Shown: in pieces, positions 24,948-38,380 of the stretch
Layout of the letters: every line of letters begins with the position of its first letter
How positions within the stretch are numbered: position 1 is the stretch's first letter
Assembly: GCF_963921235.1 (NCBI RefSeq)
Contig: NC_086097.1
Coordinates: 105,092,001 to 105,156,000, forward strand
DNA from: Mobula hypostoma
Taxonomy: Eukaryota
Direction: 5' to 3'
Length of the DNA stretch: 64,000 nt
Made by a program: the position numbers and the translations under genes
The notes under the pieces: generated by a model
Seen by the model: only the letters and a program-made list of their open reading frames with translations
Database searches by the model: none
Told to the model about the DNA's origin: nothing

Positions 24948-26557
24948 TAAATATTAAGAAAGAGGATGTGCAGGAGCTTTTGGAAAGCATCAAGTTGAAT
25001 AAGTCACCACGACTGGACGAGATGTACCCCAGGCTACTGTGGGATGTGAGAGAGCAGATTGCTGAGCCTCTGGCAATGATCTTTGCATCATCAATAGGGA
25101 CGGAAGAGGTTCTGGAGGATTGGACAGTTGCAGATGTTGTTCCATTATTCAAGAAAGGGAGTAGAGATAGCCCAGGAAATTATAAACCAGTGAGTCTTAC
25201 TTCAGTGGTTGGTAAATTGATGGAGAAGATCCTGAGAGGCAGGATTTATGAACATTTGGAGAGGCATAATATGATTAGGAATAGTCAGCATGGCTTTGTC
25301 AAAGGCAGGTCATGCCTTACGAGCCTAATTGAATTTTTTGAGGATGTGACTAAACACATTGATAAAGGTAGAGCTGTAGATGTAGTGTATATGGATTTCA
25401 GCAAGGTATTTGACAAGGCTTATTGAGAAAGTAAGGAGGCATGGGATCCAAGGGGATGTTGCTTTGAGGATCCAGAACTGGCTTGCCCAGAGAAGGCAAA
25501 GAGTGGTTATAGACAGGTCATATTCTGCACGGAGGTCAGTCACCAGTGGTATGCCTCAGGGATCTGTTCTGGGACCCCTACTCTTCGTGATTTTTATAAA
25601 TGACCTGGATGAAGAAGTGGAGGAATGGCTTAGTACATTTGCTGATGACACAAAAGTTGGGGGTGTTGTGGATAGTGTGGATACTGTCAGAGGTTACAGC
25701 GGGACATTGATAGGATGCAAAACTGGGCTGAGAAGTGGCAGATGGAGTTCAACCCAGATAAGGGTGAGGAGGTTCATTTTGGTAGGTCAAATATGAAGAT
25801 AGAATATAACATTAATGGTAAGACTCTTGGCAGTGTGGAGGATCAGAGGGATCTTGGGGTCCGAGTCCATAGGACACTCAAAACTGCTGCGCAGATTGAT
25901 TCTATGGTTAAGAAAGCATACGGCCTTCATCAATTGTGGGATTGAGTTTAGGAGCCGAGAGGTAATGTTGCAGCTGAATAGGATCCTGGTCAGACCCCAC
26001 TTGGAGTACTGTGCTCAGTTCTGGTCGCTTCACTATGTGGAAATCATAGAAAGGGTGCAGAGGAGATTTACAAGGATGTTACCTAGATTGGGGAGCATGC
26101 CTTATGAGAATAGGTTAAGTAAACTCAGCCTTTTTTCCTTGGAGCGACGGAGGATGAGAGGTGACCTGATAGAGGTGTATAAAATGATGAGAGTCATTGA
26201 TCGTGTGGATAGTCAGAGACTTTTCCCAGGGTTGAAATGGCTAACACGAGAGGGCACTGTTTTAAAGGTGCTTGGAAGCAGTACAGAGGAGATGTCAGGG
26301 GTAAGTTTTTTTACTCAGAGAGGTGAGTGCATGGAATGGGATACTGGCGACGATGGTGGAGGTGGATACGATAGTTTTTTAAGAGACTATTGGACAGGTA
26401 CATGGAGCTCAGAAAAATAGAGGTCTATGGGTAACCCTAGATAATTTCTCAAGTAAGACATGTTCGGCACAGCTTTGTGGGCCGAAGGACCTGTATTGTG
26501 GTGTAGGTTTTCTATGTTTCTATGTTTCCTTCCTAACTCCCTGTAGTCTGTTTTCAG

Positions 26558-28890
26558 CGGACAGCCAGGAAAGACTGGCACTGGGGGTGTCGGGATTGGC
26601 AGTCCAGGCACCAGCTCAGAAGAGCACCCACCTCTTGAATCCGCTAGTTTACATGGAGAAACATACCCTTGGGGTCCTCCAAGAGGGAGGGAGAATGATG
26701 GACCCAATCGGGCGGATACAGTTCATTACAGGGAATGACTACAACCAAGATCTAGGATGAGAGGCTCTGAGTGTCCAATGTGTTGGTGTGGGAGAGCGTT
26801 TTCCAGCATTAAAGGTTTACGAGTCCACCAAGCAAAGTTGAAGTGCTATTCCATCCCAGTGGATAAAGATGAGATGACTTCACCAAGCACAGATGATGTG
26901 GTCTTTTCAACCACTGATTCACAAGCCACAGCGATTCACTCTGGAGAGAGTCATCATACTCCAGGTCAGATGAGAGATAACCCAGGTCAGATTTCAGACC
27001 ACAGTACCCAGGTAGGTCCTTCGATGATGGCAGTGGTGAGGAGGTAGAGAAGAAGAGGAAGGTCAAGTGGCCGGCAATGGCAGATGAGAAGGCTTGGCGT
27101 GTATTTGATGAGGATATCAGTATGATGTTGGAGAACACTCTCAGGGGAACATCAAAGGGAAAGTTGGAAGTGATGGGTGATATGATTTATGATGCTGGAA
27201 AGTACAGGTTTGGTTTGGTTGAGTTGAAGAAAGCAAAGTCTACACAGCAACCAAGCAGGCGCCAGAAGGAGATTAGTAGGTTGAGGAAAGAGCTTAGATC
27301 ATTGAGACAGAGGTGGAAGGTAGCAGGTGAGGGTGACAAGCCAGGGCTTGCTGATCTCCGAGAGAATTTTTGAATAAAGTTAGCATCACTCCGTCGTGCA
27401 GAGTCACAATGTAAAAAGAGAGAGAAGACAAGAAAGTCATTCTTTGAGAATCCTCACGAGTTCAGAAAGAAACTGTTTGAACAAAGTAAGAGTGGGCTTA
27501 ACATCTCTCAACAAGAACTTGAGGATCACCTGGCAAGCACTTACTCTAACGAACAGCGGGAGGCTCCTTTGCTTGACATTTCAGGGCTTGTGAAGCCAAC
27601 CAAGCCAGGAGTGAAGTTCGATCTGTCAGAACCCAAATTGGCAGAAGTCAAATGGTTCATCAGAAAGGCAAGGTCAGGCTCAGTGCCAGGACCTAATGGA
27701 GTGCCGTATAAGGTGTTCAAGAAGTGTGAAGAGCTGGGGAAACACTTGTGGAGATTGTTAAAGGTGGTGTGGAGACAAGGTGGTGTTCCTTTGTCATGGA
27801 GTGAGGCTGAAGGAGTATACATCCCGAAGGAAGAGAATTCTACTACGTTGAATCAGTTCTGACCAATTTCACTCCTGAATGTAGAGGTGAAGATTATGTT
27901 TGGCATTCTGGCAGAAAGAATATCTTCATTCGTGATAGAGAATGGATTGGTAAATACATTTGTGCAGAAGGCAGGAATACCAGGCTTCCCGGGATGCCTT
28001 GAACATTCTAGTATGATATGGTATACCATCCAGGAGTCGAAAAGGTTGAGAAGAAATCTGGCTGTAGTTTGGCTTGATCTTGCAAATGCGTATGGTTCTG
28101 TTCCCCAAGTCCTGATTGAGTTTGCGATGGAAATCCTATGGATTCCTGCTAAGGTGAGGAACTTCTTTATGCAGTATTATGACAATTTCTGGATGAGGTT
28201 TTCCACTCAGTAGTTTACAACTAGGTGGCAGAGCTTGGATGTTGGAATCCCAATAGGATGTGCAATTTCACCCATCCTTTTTGTGTTAGCCATGGAGGTC
28301 ATTGTGAGGGTTGCAGAATCAGTGGGACCAGGTGTCGCACTTGATGGCAGAGGGGAGTTACCACAAATACGAGCGTTCATGGACGATCTCACTCTTTTGG
28401 GTCCCAGCAGGGAGGCAGTGGAAAATGTACTACCTAGACTCAAGGAGCTTGGGGAAGAATGAAGTTCAAGACCAAGAAGTCAAGGAGCCTTGTTCTTAGG
28501 AGAGGAAAGCTAGTTGACTTTCATTTCACCCTTTGTGGAGAGGAGATTCCATCCATTCAGGACCAACCAGTTAAGAGCCTTGGGCGATGGTACACAGAGG
28601 AGCTGAGAGACAGCAAGAGGGTTCAACAGACAGGAGAACAGATCAGCAGAGGTCTGATGTCTGTTGACAAGTGTGGCTTGCCTGGCAAGTCGAAGTTGTG
28701 GTGCTTGCAGTACGGACTGATGCCACGGATAATGTGGGCACTAACTGTCTATGAAGTGACAACGTCCCATGTTGAGGCAATAGAACGGAAGATCAACAAG
28801 TATGTGAAGAAGTGGTTTGGAGTACCGAGCAGCCTCACCAATGTTACAACCCACAGTAGCCAGACAAAGCTTACCATCCCAGTGCAACCC
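26558..28890 (+). mobile_element. Hero-clade (R2-group) non-LTR retrotransposon, decayed, 3' end (RLE endonuclease) missing
   Basis: N-terminal CxC..H..C finger (CWCGRAFSSIKGLRVHQAKLKC), KVKWP, PGPNGVPYKVFKKC, F*PISLLNVE, QKAGIPGFPGCLEH, WLDLANAYGSVP, GCAISPILF, AFMDDL, MKFKTKKSRSLVL and VKSLGRWY, all typical of Hero RT. Confidence 0.85.
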
Positions 28891-29487
28891 TGAAAGTTGC
28901 CTCACAGGTAGATAGGGTATTTAAGAAAGCTTACGGAGTATTAGCTTTCATAAGTCGAGGGATAGAGTTTAAGAGTCACGGGGTAATGATGCAGCTCTAT
29001 AAAACTCTGGTTAGGCCACACTTGGAGTACTGTGTCCAGTTCTGGTCGCCTCACTATAGGAAGGATGTGGAAGCATTGGAAAGGGTACAGAGGAGATTTA
29101 CCAAGATGCTGCCTGGTTTAGAGAGTATGCATTATGATCAGAGATTAAGGGAGCTAGGGCTTTACTCTCTGGAGAGAAAGAGAATGAGAGGAGAAATGAT
29201 ATTAAGAGGAATAGATAGAGTGGACCTCTTCCCCAGCACCTCTTCCCCAGGGCACTACTGCTCAATACAAGGGGACATAGCTTTAAGCTAAGGTGTGGGA
29301 AGTTCAAGGGGGATATTAGAGGAAGGCTGTTTTACTCAGAGAGTGGTTAATGTGTGGAATGCACTGCCTGAGTCAGTGGTGGAGGCAGATACACCAGTGA
29401 AATTTAAGAGACTACTGGACAGGTATATGGAGGAATTTAAGGTGGGAGGTTATATGGGAGGCAGGGTTTAAGGGTCGGCACAACATT
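28888..29487 (+). mobile_element. CR1 3' fragment joined to the Hero break point
   Basis: Starts CCCTGAAAGTTGCCTCACAGG; LVRPHLEYCVQFW; same subfamily as 7330-8058. Confidence 0.88.
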
Positions 29488-29597
29488 AAACTTCTAACCT
29501 TTCACCCTTAACCCATGATCTCTGGTTGTATCCCACCCAACCTGAGTTTAAACAGCTTGTTTGCATTTACTCTATGCCCCCATAATTTTGTATACCT

Positions 29598-30485
29598 GAA
29601 AGTTTCAAAGTACATTTATCATCAAAGTATGTATAAATTATCCAGCCTTGAGATTTGTCTGCTTACTGACGGCCCCAAAACAAGAAACTTGAAAGAGCCT
29701 ATTTTAGAAGTGATACCAACACACAATGTGCTGGGAGAAAAAAAAACAAATTATGCAAACAATAAAGCAAGTATCAGCGTTTAGAACAAAATTTAGTCCG
29801 AAGCCCAGAGCAGTGGCAGCAGGCCTATAATCTCAGTTAATCACACAGCAGGGCAAATCGACATGGAACTCACAGACACTAAGCCCAGAGCAGCCGCAGC
29901 AGGCCAATATTCTCAGTTAATCACACAGCAGGGCAAATCGACACAGACACTAAGCCCGGAGCAGCCAGAGTGTGGCATGGCCTCAACCTCAGTGCTGAGG
30001 ACGGCAGAGTAAAGCATTGTGGAGCAGAGCCAGCCCGACCCTTGCCTCCGGTCCTGACATCCTGCCTTTTCAGGCCATGTGGCGCGGTGTTCACATTATC
30101 CAAGTACAGTACTGGGTTGTCCCCCGCCACCGTAATATTCTCTGCACTGGCCCATACTCAATGTTTCCACATTTTCCGGTCCTTAGATGGATCGAACCTC
30201 GCTTCTGGTTTAGGTGGATGGACTCCAAAACAACTCTGCTCCAACTTTTCTGTGCTCCACACTGCAATTCTGTCCTTGGCTCTGATTTTGTCTTAACATG
30301 CCTCAGCCTTGCTCGTTCCAGTCACTTGATCATGCTACGACCACGCTCCGACTCCAACTCGCATCTGTATGCCTCAACCCTTGGATCAACCTGGTCTTCA
30401 CCTGCCTCCTCATTGTTTGCAGCAATCGTTTATCACATCAAATATGTTATTAATAGAGTATTTGGTCACATTTCTTGTTTTGAAA
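29598..30485 (-). mobile_element. Non-autonomous SINE-like element with internal tandem duplication
   Basis: Minus-strand tail ACAAATCTCAAGG..ATACATACTTTGATGATAAATGTACTTTGAA; interrupts a CR1. Confidence 0.5.
29801..29966. repeat. Tandem duplication, units of 80 and 71 bp plus a partial copy
   Basis: AAGCCC(A/G)GAGCAG recurs at 29801, 29881 and 29952; TCTCAGTTAATCACACAGCAGGGCAAATCGACA occurs twice. Confidence 0.85.
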
Positions 30486-33400
30486 ACCACCAGCCCTATC
30501 AAATCTACTCTCTGTTGTACATTCCAAAGAAGAGAGTCCTAACCTATTCAATCCTTCCATATAACTCAGATCCTCCAGACCTGGCAATATCCTCATAAAT
30601 TTTCTCTGTACTCTTTTAACATTATTTATATCTTTCCTGTAGGAAGGTGACCAAAACTGCACACAATACTCCAAATTAGGCCTCACCAGTGTCTTATACA
30701 ACTTCAACATTACATCCCATCTCCTGTACTCAGTACCTTGATTTATGAAGGCCAATGTGTCAACAGCTTTCTTTACAACCCTATCAACCTGTGAGGCTAC
30801 TTTCAATGAATTACTGACCTGTATTCCCGGATCTTTCATTCTACTGCACTCCTCAGTGCCCTACCATTCACCATGTAAGACCTACCCTGGTTGGTTCTAC
30901 CAAAGTGCAACACCTCGCACTTGTCTGCATTAATTTTATCTGCCATTTTTCAGCCCTTTTTCCAACTGCTGCAAGTCTTGATAGTCTTCCTCACTGCCCA
31001 TTACACCACCAATCTTGGTGTCATCCACAAACATGCTCATCCAGTTAACTACATTATCATCCAAATCATTGATATAGATGACAAACAACAACTGACCCAA
31101 CAATGACCCACCAGCACTCTACTAGTCACAGGTCTCCAATCAGAGAGACAACTGTCTACCACTCTCTAGTTTCTCTCACAAAGCCAATGTCTAATCCAAT
31201 TTACTACCTCATCCTGAACACTGAGCTTTCATGACCACACCTCCCATGTGGGACCTTGTCAAATAACTCGCTGAAGTCCTTGTAGACAATATCCACTGCC
31301 TTGCCTTCATCACTTTCCTGGTAACTTCCTCGAAAAGCACTCTAAGATTGGTTAGACACAACCCACCACACACAAAACCATGTTGACTATCCTTAATCAA
31401 TCCATGTCTATCCAAATATTCATATATCTGGTCCCCTTAGAATACTTTCCAATAACTTTCCCACTACTGATGTCAGGCTCACCGGCCTGTAATTTCCTGG
31501 TTTATTTTCAGAGCCTTTCTTAAACAGCGGAACAACATTAGCTATCCTTCAATCCTCTGACACATCACTTGTTACAAGGGATAAATTAAATATCTCTCCT
31601 AGGCCCTAACAATTTCTGTATTAGTCTCCTGCATGGTCTAAGGGAACACCTTGTCAGGCCCCGGGGATTTATCCCCCTTAATTTGCCTCAACAGCGAACA
31701 CTTCCTCCTTTGTAATCTGTATGGGGTCTATGAAGTTAAAGACTTATTGCCTTTTCTATAGACTCTCTGTTCATCTCCTGAGTAAATACAGAAGCACAAA
31801 ATGCATTTAAGATCTTCCCCCATTTCTTCTGGCTCCACACATGGATTACCATTCTGATCTTCCAAAGGACCAATTTTGTCCCTTGCAATCCTTTTGCCCT
31901 TAGGATTTTCCTTCACCTTGTCTGTGAAGGCAACCTCCTGCCTTCTTTTAGCCCTCCTGATTTCTTTCTTTGAGTGTTCTCTTACATTTCTCATACTTCA
32001 TTTGTACCTACCTGTAAAGAAGTATCTCATTTGTCCTACCTGTCTATACCTGCTATGCACATTTTTTTCTTAACCAGAGCCTCAATATCGCTTGAAAATC
32101 AAGGTCCCCTACAACTGTTATCTTTATCTTTTCTTCTGACAAGCACATGCAAACTTTGTACACTCAAAATTTCACTTTTTAAGGTCTCCCACTGACCAAG
32201 TACTCCTTTGCAGGAGGGCAGCCTGTCCCAATCCACCTTGCCAGATCCTTTCTGATACCACCAAAACTGGCCTTTCTCCAGATTAGAATCTCAACCTGCA
32301 GATCAGACCTATCTTCTTGCATATTTACTTTGAAACTAATGGCATTGTGGTCACTAAATGCAAAGTGTTGACCTATACAAACTCTGTCACCCTTCCAGTC
32401 TCATTCCCTAAAAGCAGATCAACTATCACACACTCTCTCATTGGGACTTCTCTGATTAAAAAAAACTTCCTGACAAACAGTTCCCCTGCACAAACTTCTG
32501 TCACCTGCCCTGTCTCATTCCGTAATAGCAGATCAAGTATCGCACACTCTGTCATTGGGACTTCCTGAACACATTTGACAAACTCTATTCCATCTAGTCC
32601 TTTTATAGTATGGGATTCCCAGTCAATACATGGTAAGTTAAAATCACCTGCTATAGCAATCTTGTGTTTCTTGCAACAGCCTGTTGCTTTTGAGAACACT
32701 CCCAAACTCATTTCCTGTTTCGGACCTCCGCCATGCTGACTTAGCTGACAATCCATTAATAATGTCTTTAATTTCTGCAGTCGTGTCACTATCCCTGATT
32801 AGCAATGTCACTCCTCTACCTCTTTTACCTCCTTCCCTGTCCCTTTTGAAACATCTAAACCCCAGAGCATATTGCCCTTGTGATAAGCTAAGTCTCTGTG
32901 GTGGCCACAGCACTGTAATTTCATGTACTGACCCATGCTCCAAGTTCATCATGCTTATTCCTAATATTTATTGCATTCTTGCACACTTGAACCTACCCCA
33001 CTGCCAGACTAGTTTAAACTCCCCCAGACAGCTCTAGCAAATCTGCCTGTAAGGATATTGAAGCTCCCAAAGTTCAGGCGTAACCTGTTTGTTTGTACGG
33101 GACATACCTTCCCAAGAGAGATACAAGTAATCCACGAATCTGAAACTCTGCCTCATGCACCATTTCCTTAGCCACATGTTCATCTGCCAAATCATCCCAT
33201 TCCTACCCTCACTGGTACATGGCACAGAGAGCACCTTAAAAGATAACTATTTTGAGGTCCTGTTCTTCAGCTTTCTACCCAACTCCCTATATTCTTTCTC
33301 CAGGACTTCATCCCCTTTCCTACCTTTGTTATTGGTAGCAATACGTACTGTGACTTTGGGCTGCTCACCCTTCCCTTTAGAATGCTATGGGCGTACCTGA

Positions 33401-33856
33401 CCCTGGCACTTGGGAGATAACAAACCATCTGGTGTCAGTTTCTTGTCCACAGAATCTCTGGGCTGCTCCCCTCATTACTGACTGCCCTGTTACCACTGCA
33501 CTCCTCTCCTCCCCTTTCCTTTCTGAGTCACAGAGCCAAACTCGGTCGTTGCAGCTTTCCCCTGGTAGGTTGTCCCCCAACAATATCCAAAGCAATATAT
33601 TGAGAGGAATGGCCATGGTGGTACTCTGCACTGTCTGCTTACTCCCTTTCCTGACAGTCACCCAGCTACCCACCTCCTGCAACTTAGGGGTGACTACCTC
33701 CCTGTAGACTTTTTCTATCTCCTTCTCATTCTCTCATAGGTCACTCAGCTGCAGCTGCAGTTGCGTAGAACGGTGTGTAAGGAGCTATAACAGGGAGACA
33801 AGTAACACTGGACCTATTCACATTGCACTAATAGACCAAGAAAGAAACCCTTCTTA

Positions 33857-33990
33857 AACAGGATAAAATCTGCAGATGCTGGAAATCCAAGCAACACACG
33901 CAAAATGCTGGAGGAACTCAACAGGCCAGGCAGCATCTATGGAAAAGACTAACCAGTTGACATTTCGGGCTGAGACCCTTCGTCAGGTCT
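33857..33990 (-). mobile_element. Penelope-like pLTR with decayed hammerhead (33955-33990)
   Basis: Minus strand AGAC-CTGACGA-AGGGTCTCAGCCC-GAAATGTC-AACT followed by GATGCTG..CCTG..GAGTTCCTCCAGCATTTTG. Confidence 0.8.
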
Positions 33991-34294
33991 TTTTATAGAA
34001 CTTCTTTTTATTGGCCCATGCTGAGTGCCTAATCACCTCAACGAGCCTCACTTGCTTTTCTAAATCTTGCTCCCGTGATATACTCAGCAATGGCTGCTTG
34101 CAATTTCAGGCCAGTTGCATTTTCAAATCTTGCTCCCATAATGTGCATGTTAATGGCCTCTCACAATCTCAGATGTACAGAACATCCCAAATGGCCCACT
34201 TGCTCTTTCAAATCTCACTCCCACAATCAGCTCTTCGCAATTTCAAGTGTGCAGAATGTATCATCTTTGGCTAGCTGTCTCCCAAATTCCATCT

Positions 34295-34673
<379 letters not shown>

Positions 34674-34719
34674 TAGGACGGATTATCAGGATCTTATAGT
34701 TGTGAGGATTCGCTTCACT

Positions 34720-35320
34720 CTTCAAATGATTCAATTTAATATCAGAGAATGTATACAGTATACAACCTGAAATTCTTACTCTCCGCAGACATCCACGAAA
34801 CAAGAAAAGAAAAACCCAAAGAATGTATGTCAGAACCTCAGGGCCCCTCCCCCCTCTCCCATGCACAAGCTGCAGAAAAGCATTGCCCCTCCCCCCACCA
34901 TAGCAAAAGCCCCAAAGAGACCTTAATCTAGAGTCGATTAAAAACTATAGTCCTTGTGGTATCTCAGACATGCTCTTTCACTAGCCAGAGAGAGAGAGAG
35001 AGATCACTCCTGCAACAAGAGTGGGATACCACAGCTCACTGTTTTGATGTTCCAGTCTCCCAACTCAAGGACAGACAGGCCCTCACCCACTATGAAAGAG
35101 AGAAAGTACAGGGGCCTTCTTCCAACAGCAGCGTACATCTCATGCTGTCTCAATGTTTCAGTGTCCCGTTGGTGACACCAGCGAGGAACTGGGTAGTCTC
35201 TGGGGCTGTCCCCTTGAACTATCAAAAAGCCAGGCTGCATGCCGGATCTGAGACCCACTGCTTGTGGAGAATCATAGTTTGACCTCTCAGACTCCAGCAG
35301 GACCCCAGCCATCTTGAAAA
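34720..35320 (-). mobile_element. Non-autonomous SINE-like element (CAAGATGGC head)
   Basis: Minus strand starts TTCAAGATGGCTGG and ends GAATTTCAGGTTGTATACTGTATACATTCTCTGATATTAAATTGAATCATTTGAA. Confidence 0.55.
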
Positions 35321-35809
35321 GACAAGAAGTATAAGCTGTTTTGTTGATGAACTGGAAAAACTCACCTGGGTCTACGGAAACCTGACGCTATCTTTTCCAG
35401 CTCCTCCCACCAACTCATGGTGGTGAGCTCATTGCATCTGTCCAAAGTGGTGTGCATCCTCCAATGTGTATCTCTGCTCTGCAACTTCATAGCTAATTAT
35501 GTTTTGATTCATATTTTTCTCCCGGATCCTTACTCTCGATACCAGGTCAGGATATCAAAATTTATTCTTAAGAAACATGTTGAATAAAAGACCAAGATCC
35601 CTCTCCATTAGTGCTCCCATAAACCAATCAGCCAGATCCCCTTGGCATTCCTGGCACTTTATCAGAAATGCTCCATTTATCCTAAACTGTACTCACCCAC
35701 CTTCCTTTCAGCTTTATGTAACATCTCCAAGTCTAGGCATTGTATCTGAACATTCACGTGCGCAAAACCTGACTCCTCAAATGGATATTCATAGGAAAAG
35801 CTTACTCAA

Positions 35810-37190
35810 AAGCATAAGACCATCTGACTCATCAAATCTGCTCTGCCATATCACCATGTCTCTCAGCCCCAATCCCCTGATTTCTCCCCTTATCCCTTCA
35901 TGCATTGACCAATTGTGAATCTATCAACCCCTTCCTTAAATATACATACAGGCTTGGCCTCCACAGCTGCCTGTGCAAAGAATTCCAGAGATTCACCACT
36001 TCCTGGATAAAGAAACTCCTCCTCATCTCCATTCTAAAAGGACACCCCTCTATTCTTTATCCTCTGGGCTTAGATTCTCCCACCATAGAAACATCCTCTC
36101 CACCCCCACTCTGTCAAGGCTGTTCACCATTCAACAGATTTCAATGAGGTCACCACACATTCTTCTGAATTCCAATGACTACAGGTCCATACTCTTCATA
36201 TGACAGGCCATTCAATCATGGAATCATTTTCATGAACCTCCTTTGAACCCTCTCCAGTTTCAGCACATCCTTTCTAAGATAAGGGACCCAAAACTGCTCA
36301 AATACTCCAAGTGAGGTCTCACTAGTGCTTTATGAAGTCTCAATATTACATCCTTGCTTTTATATTCTAGTCCTCTTGAAATGAATGCTAACACTGCATT
36401 TGCCTTCCTCAACCTAGACTCAAACTGCAAATTAACCTTTAGGGAATCCTGCACAAGGACTCCCAAGTCCCTCTGCACCTCAGTTCTTTGCATTTTATTC
36501 TCCATTTGGAAAATAGTCAATTTCAATTTCTTCTACCAAAGTACATGACCATAACTTCCCAATGCATAACTGCCATTTCTTTGCCCATTCTCCTAATCTG
36601 TCTGGGTCCTTCCAATTCCTCAAAACTACATGCTCCTCGACCTATCTTCATATCATCTGCAAACTTTGCAACAAAGCTATCAAATCCATCATCCAAATCA
36701 TTGACATATAACAGAAAAAGAATCGGTCCCAACACAGACCCCTGTGGAACACCAATAGTCACCAGCAGCAGACCAGAAAATGCTCCCTTTATTCCAACTC
36801 TGTCTCATGCCAGTCATGCTAGAATGCTAGAATCTTCCCTCTAATACTATGGGCTTGTATTTTGTCAAGATCCTCATGTCTAGCACATTGTTTAAGGCCT
36901 TCTGAAAATCCAAGTACACAACAGCAACCAATTCTCCTTCGTCTATCCTGCTTGTTATTTCTTCAAAGATTTCCAACAGATTTGTCAGCAAGATTTTCCG
37001 TTGAGGAAACCATGCTGACTACAGCCTATTTTATCATGTGTCTCCAAGTACTGTGATACTTCATCCTTAATAATAGAATCCAGCATTTTCCCAATCACTG
37101 AGGTCAGACTAACTGGCCTATAGTTTCCTTTCTTCTGTCTATCTCCCTTCTTGAAGAGTGGAGTGACAATTACAATTTTCCAATCTAAAT
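35810..37190 (-). mobile_element. CR1 RT + 3' end, older subfamily
   Basis: [34 protein letters not shown] and LVRPHLEY motifs. Confidence 0.85.
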
Positions 37191-38380
37191 AAAAGTGATT
37201 CAAGGATGTACTCAAAACCTTTTTAAACGAATGTAACATCCTTCTGACTCTTGGGAACCTCTGGCCTATAAATACTCCTGGTGGAGAAACAGTAGACAGG
37301 ATGATTTTGAAGTACAGAAGCTTGAAGTCCGATACCACAAGGTTCAGGAACACCTACTGCCCTACAACCATCTAGCTTTTGAACTGACCTGCACAACTCT
37401 AACCCTACCTCAGCAAGCAACGCTATTGATCACCTCTTGTCTCCAATTGTGCTTTTTGTCATGATCCCTCCCCCCTTCTACTGTCTCATGTGATTTATGT
37501 ATAATCTATGTTCTGTGTTGTATGAACTTCTGTGCATGTGATGCTGCTTCAAGCAAGTTGCTCATTATACCTGTATTTCACGGTATTTGTAGATATGACA
37601 ATAAATTTGATTTGACTTAGAAACATAGAAAATCTACAGTACAATACAGGTCCTTTGACCCTCAATGCTGTGCCAAACATGCACTTACTTTAGAAATTAC
37701 CTAGGGTTACCCATAGCCCTCCATGTTTCTAAGTTCCATGTACCTATCCGGGAGTCTCTTAAAAGACCCTATTGTATCCGCCTCCACCACCGTCGCTGGC
37801 AGCCCATTCCACTCACCACTCTTTGCATAAAAAAAGACTTACCCCTGATATCTCCTCTGTACCTATACCCCAGCACCTTAAAGCTGTGCCCTCTTGTGGC
37901 AACCATTTCAGCCCTGGGAAAAAGCCTCTGACTATCCACACCATCAATGCCTCTCAATATCTTATACACCTCTATCAGGTCACCTCTCATCCTCCGTCGC
38001 TCCAAAGAAAAAAGGCCGAGTTCACTCAACCTGTTCTTATAAGGCATGCTCCCCAATCCAGGCAACATCCCTGTAAATCTCCTCTGCACCTTTTCTATGG
38101 TTTCCACATCCTTCCTGTAGTGAGGCGACTGAGCACAGTACTGAAAGTCGGGTCTGACCAGGGTCCTGTATAGCTGTAACATTACCTCTTGGTTCATAAA
38201 CTCAATCCCATGGTTGATGAAGGCCATTGCACCATATGCCTTTTTAACCACAGAATCAACCTGCGCAGCAGCCTTGAGTGTCCTATGGACTTGGACCCCA
38301 AGATCCCTCTGATCCTCCACACTGCATTAATACTTTATTCTGCCATATTTGACCTACCAAAATGAACCACCTCACAATTA

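Larger units (their letters stand above)
22185..26528 (+). mobile_element. 5'-truncated CR1 (APE-RT-3'UTR) carrying a nested solo LTR
   Basis: GDLNFPNIDW at the start, RT motifs 24968-26400, TTTCTATGTTTCTATGTTTC tail. Sequence is contiguous across 23024-24947. Confidence 0.9.
29490..33800 (-). mobile_element. Old, long CR1 (ORF1 to near 3' end), decayed, with an insertion at ~29598-30485
   Basis: Successive remnants WVTVRK/AIPLN, GDFNLP, KENPK, QHGFV and LVRPNLEYC. Confidence 0.8.

Noticed and set aside
29921..30598. 193-aa and 108-aa ORFs as novel genes
   Set aside because: No recognisable domain or splice context; they span a SINE-like element and antisense CR1.
35400..35810. Possible L1/Tx1 ORF2 C-terminal remnant on the minus strand
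   Set aside because: Too degraded to support by eye; needs a profile search.
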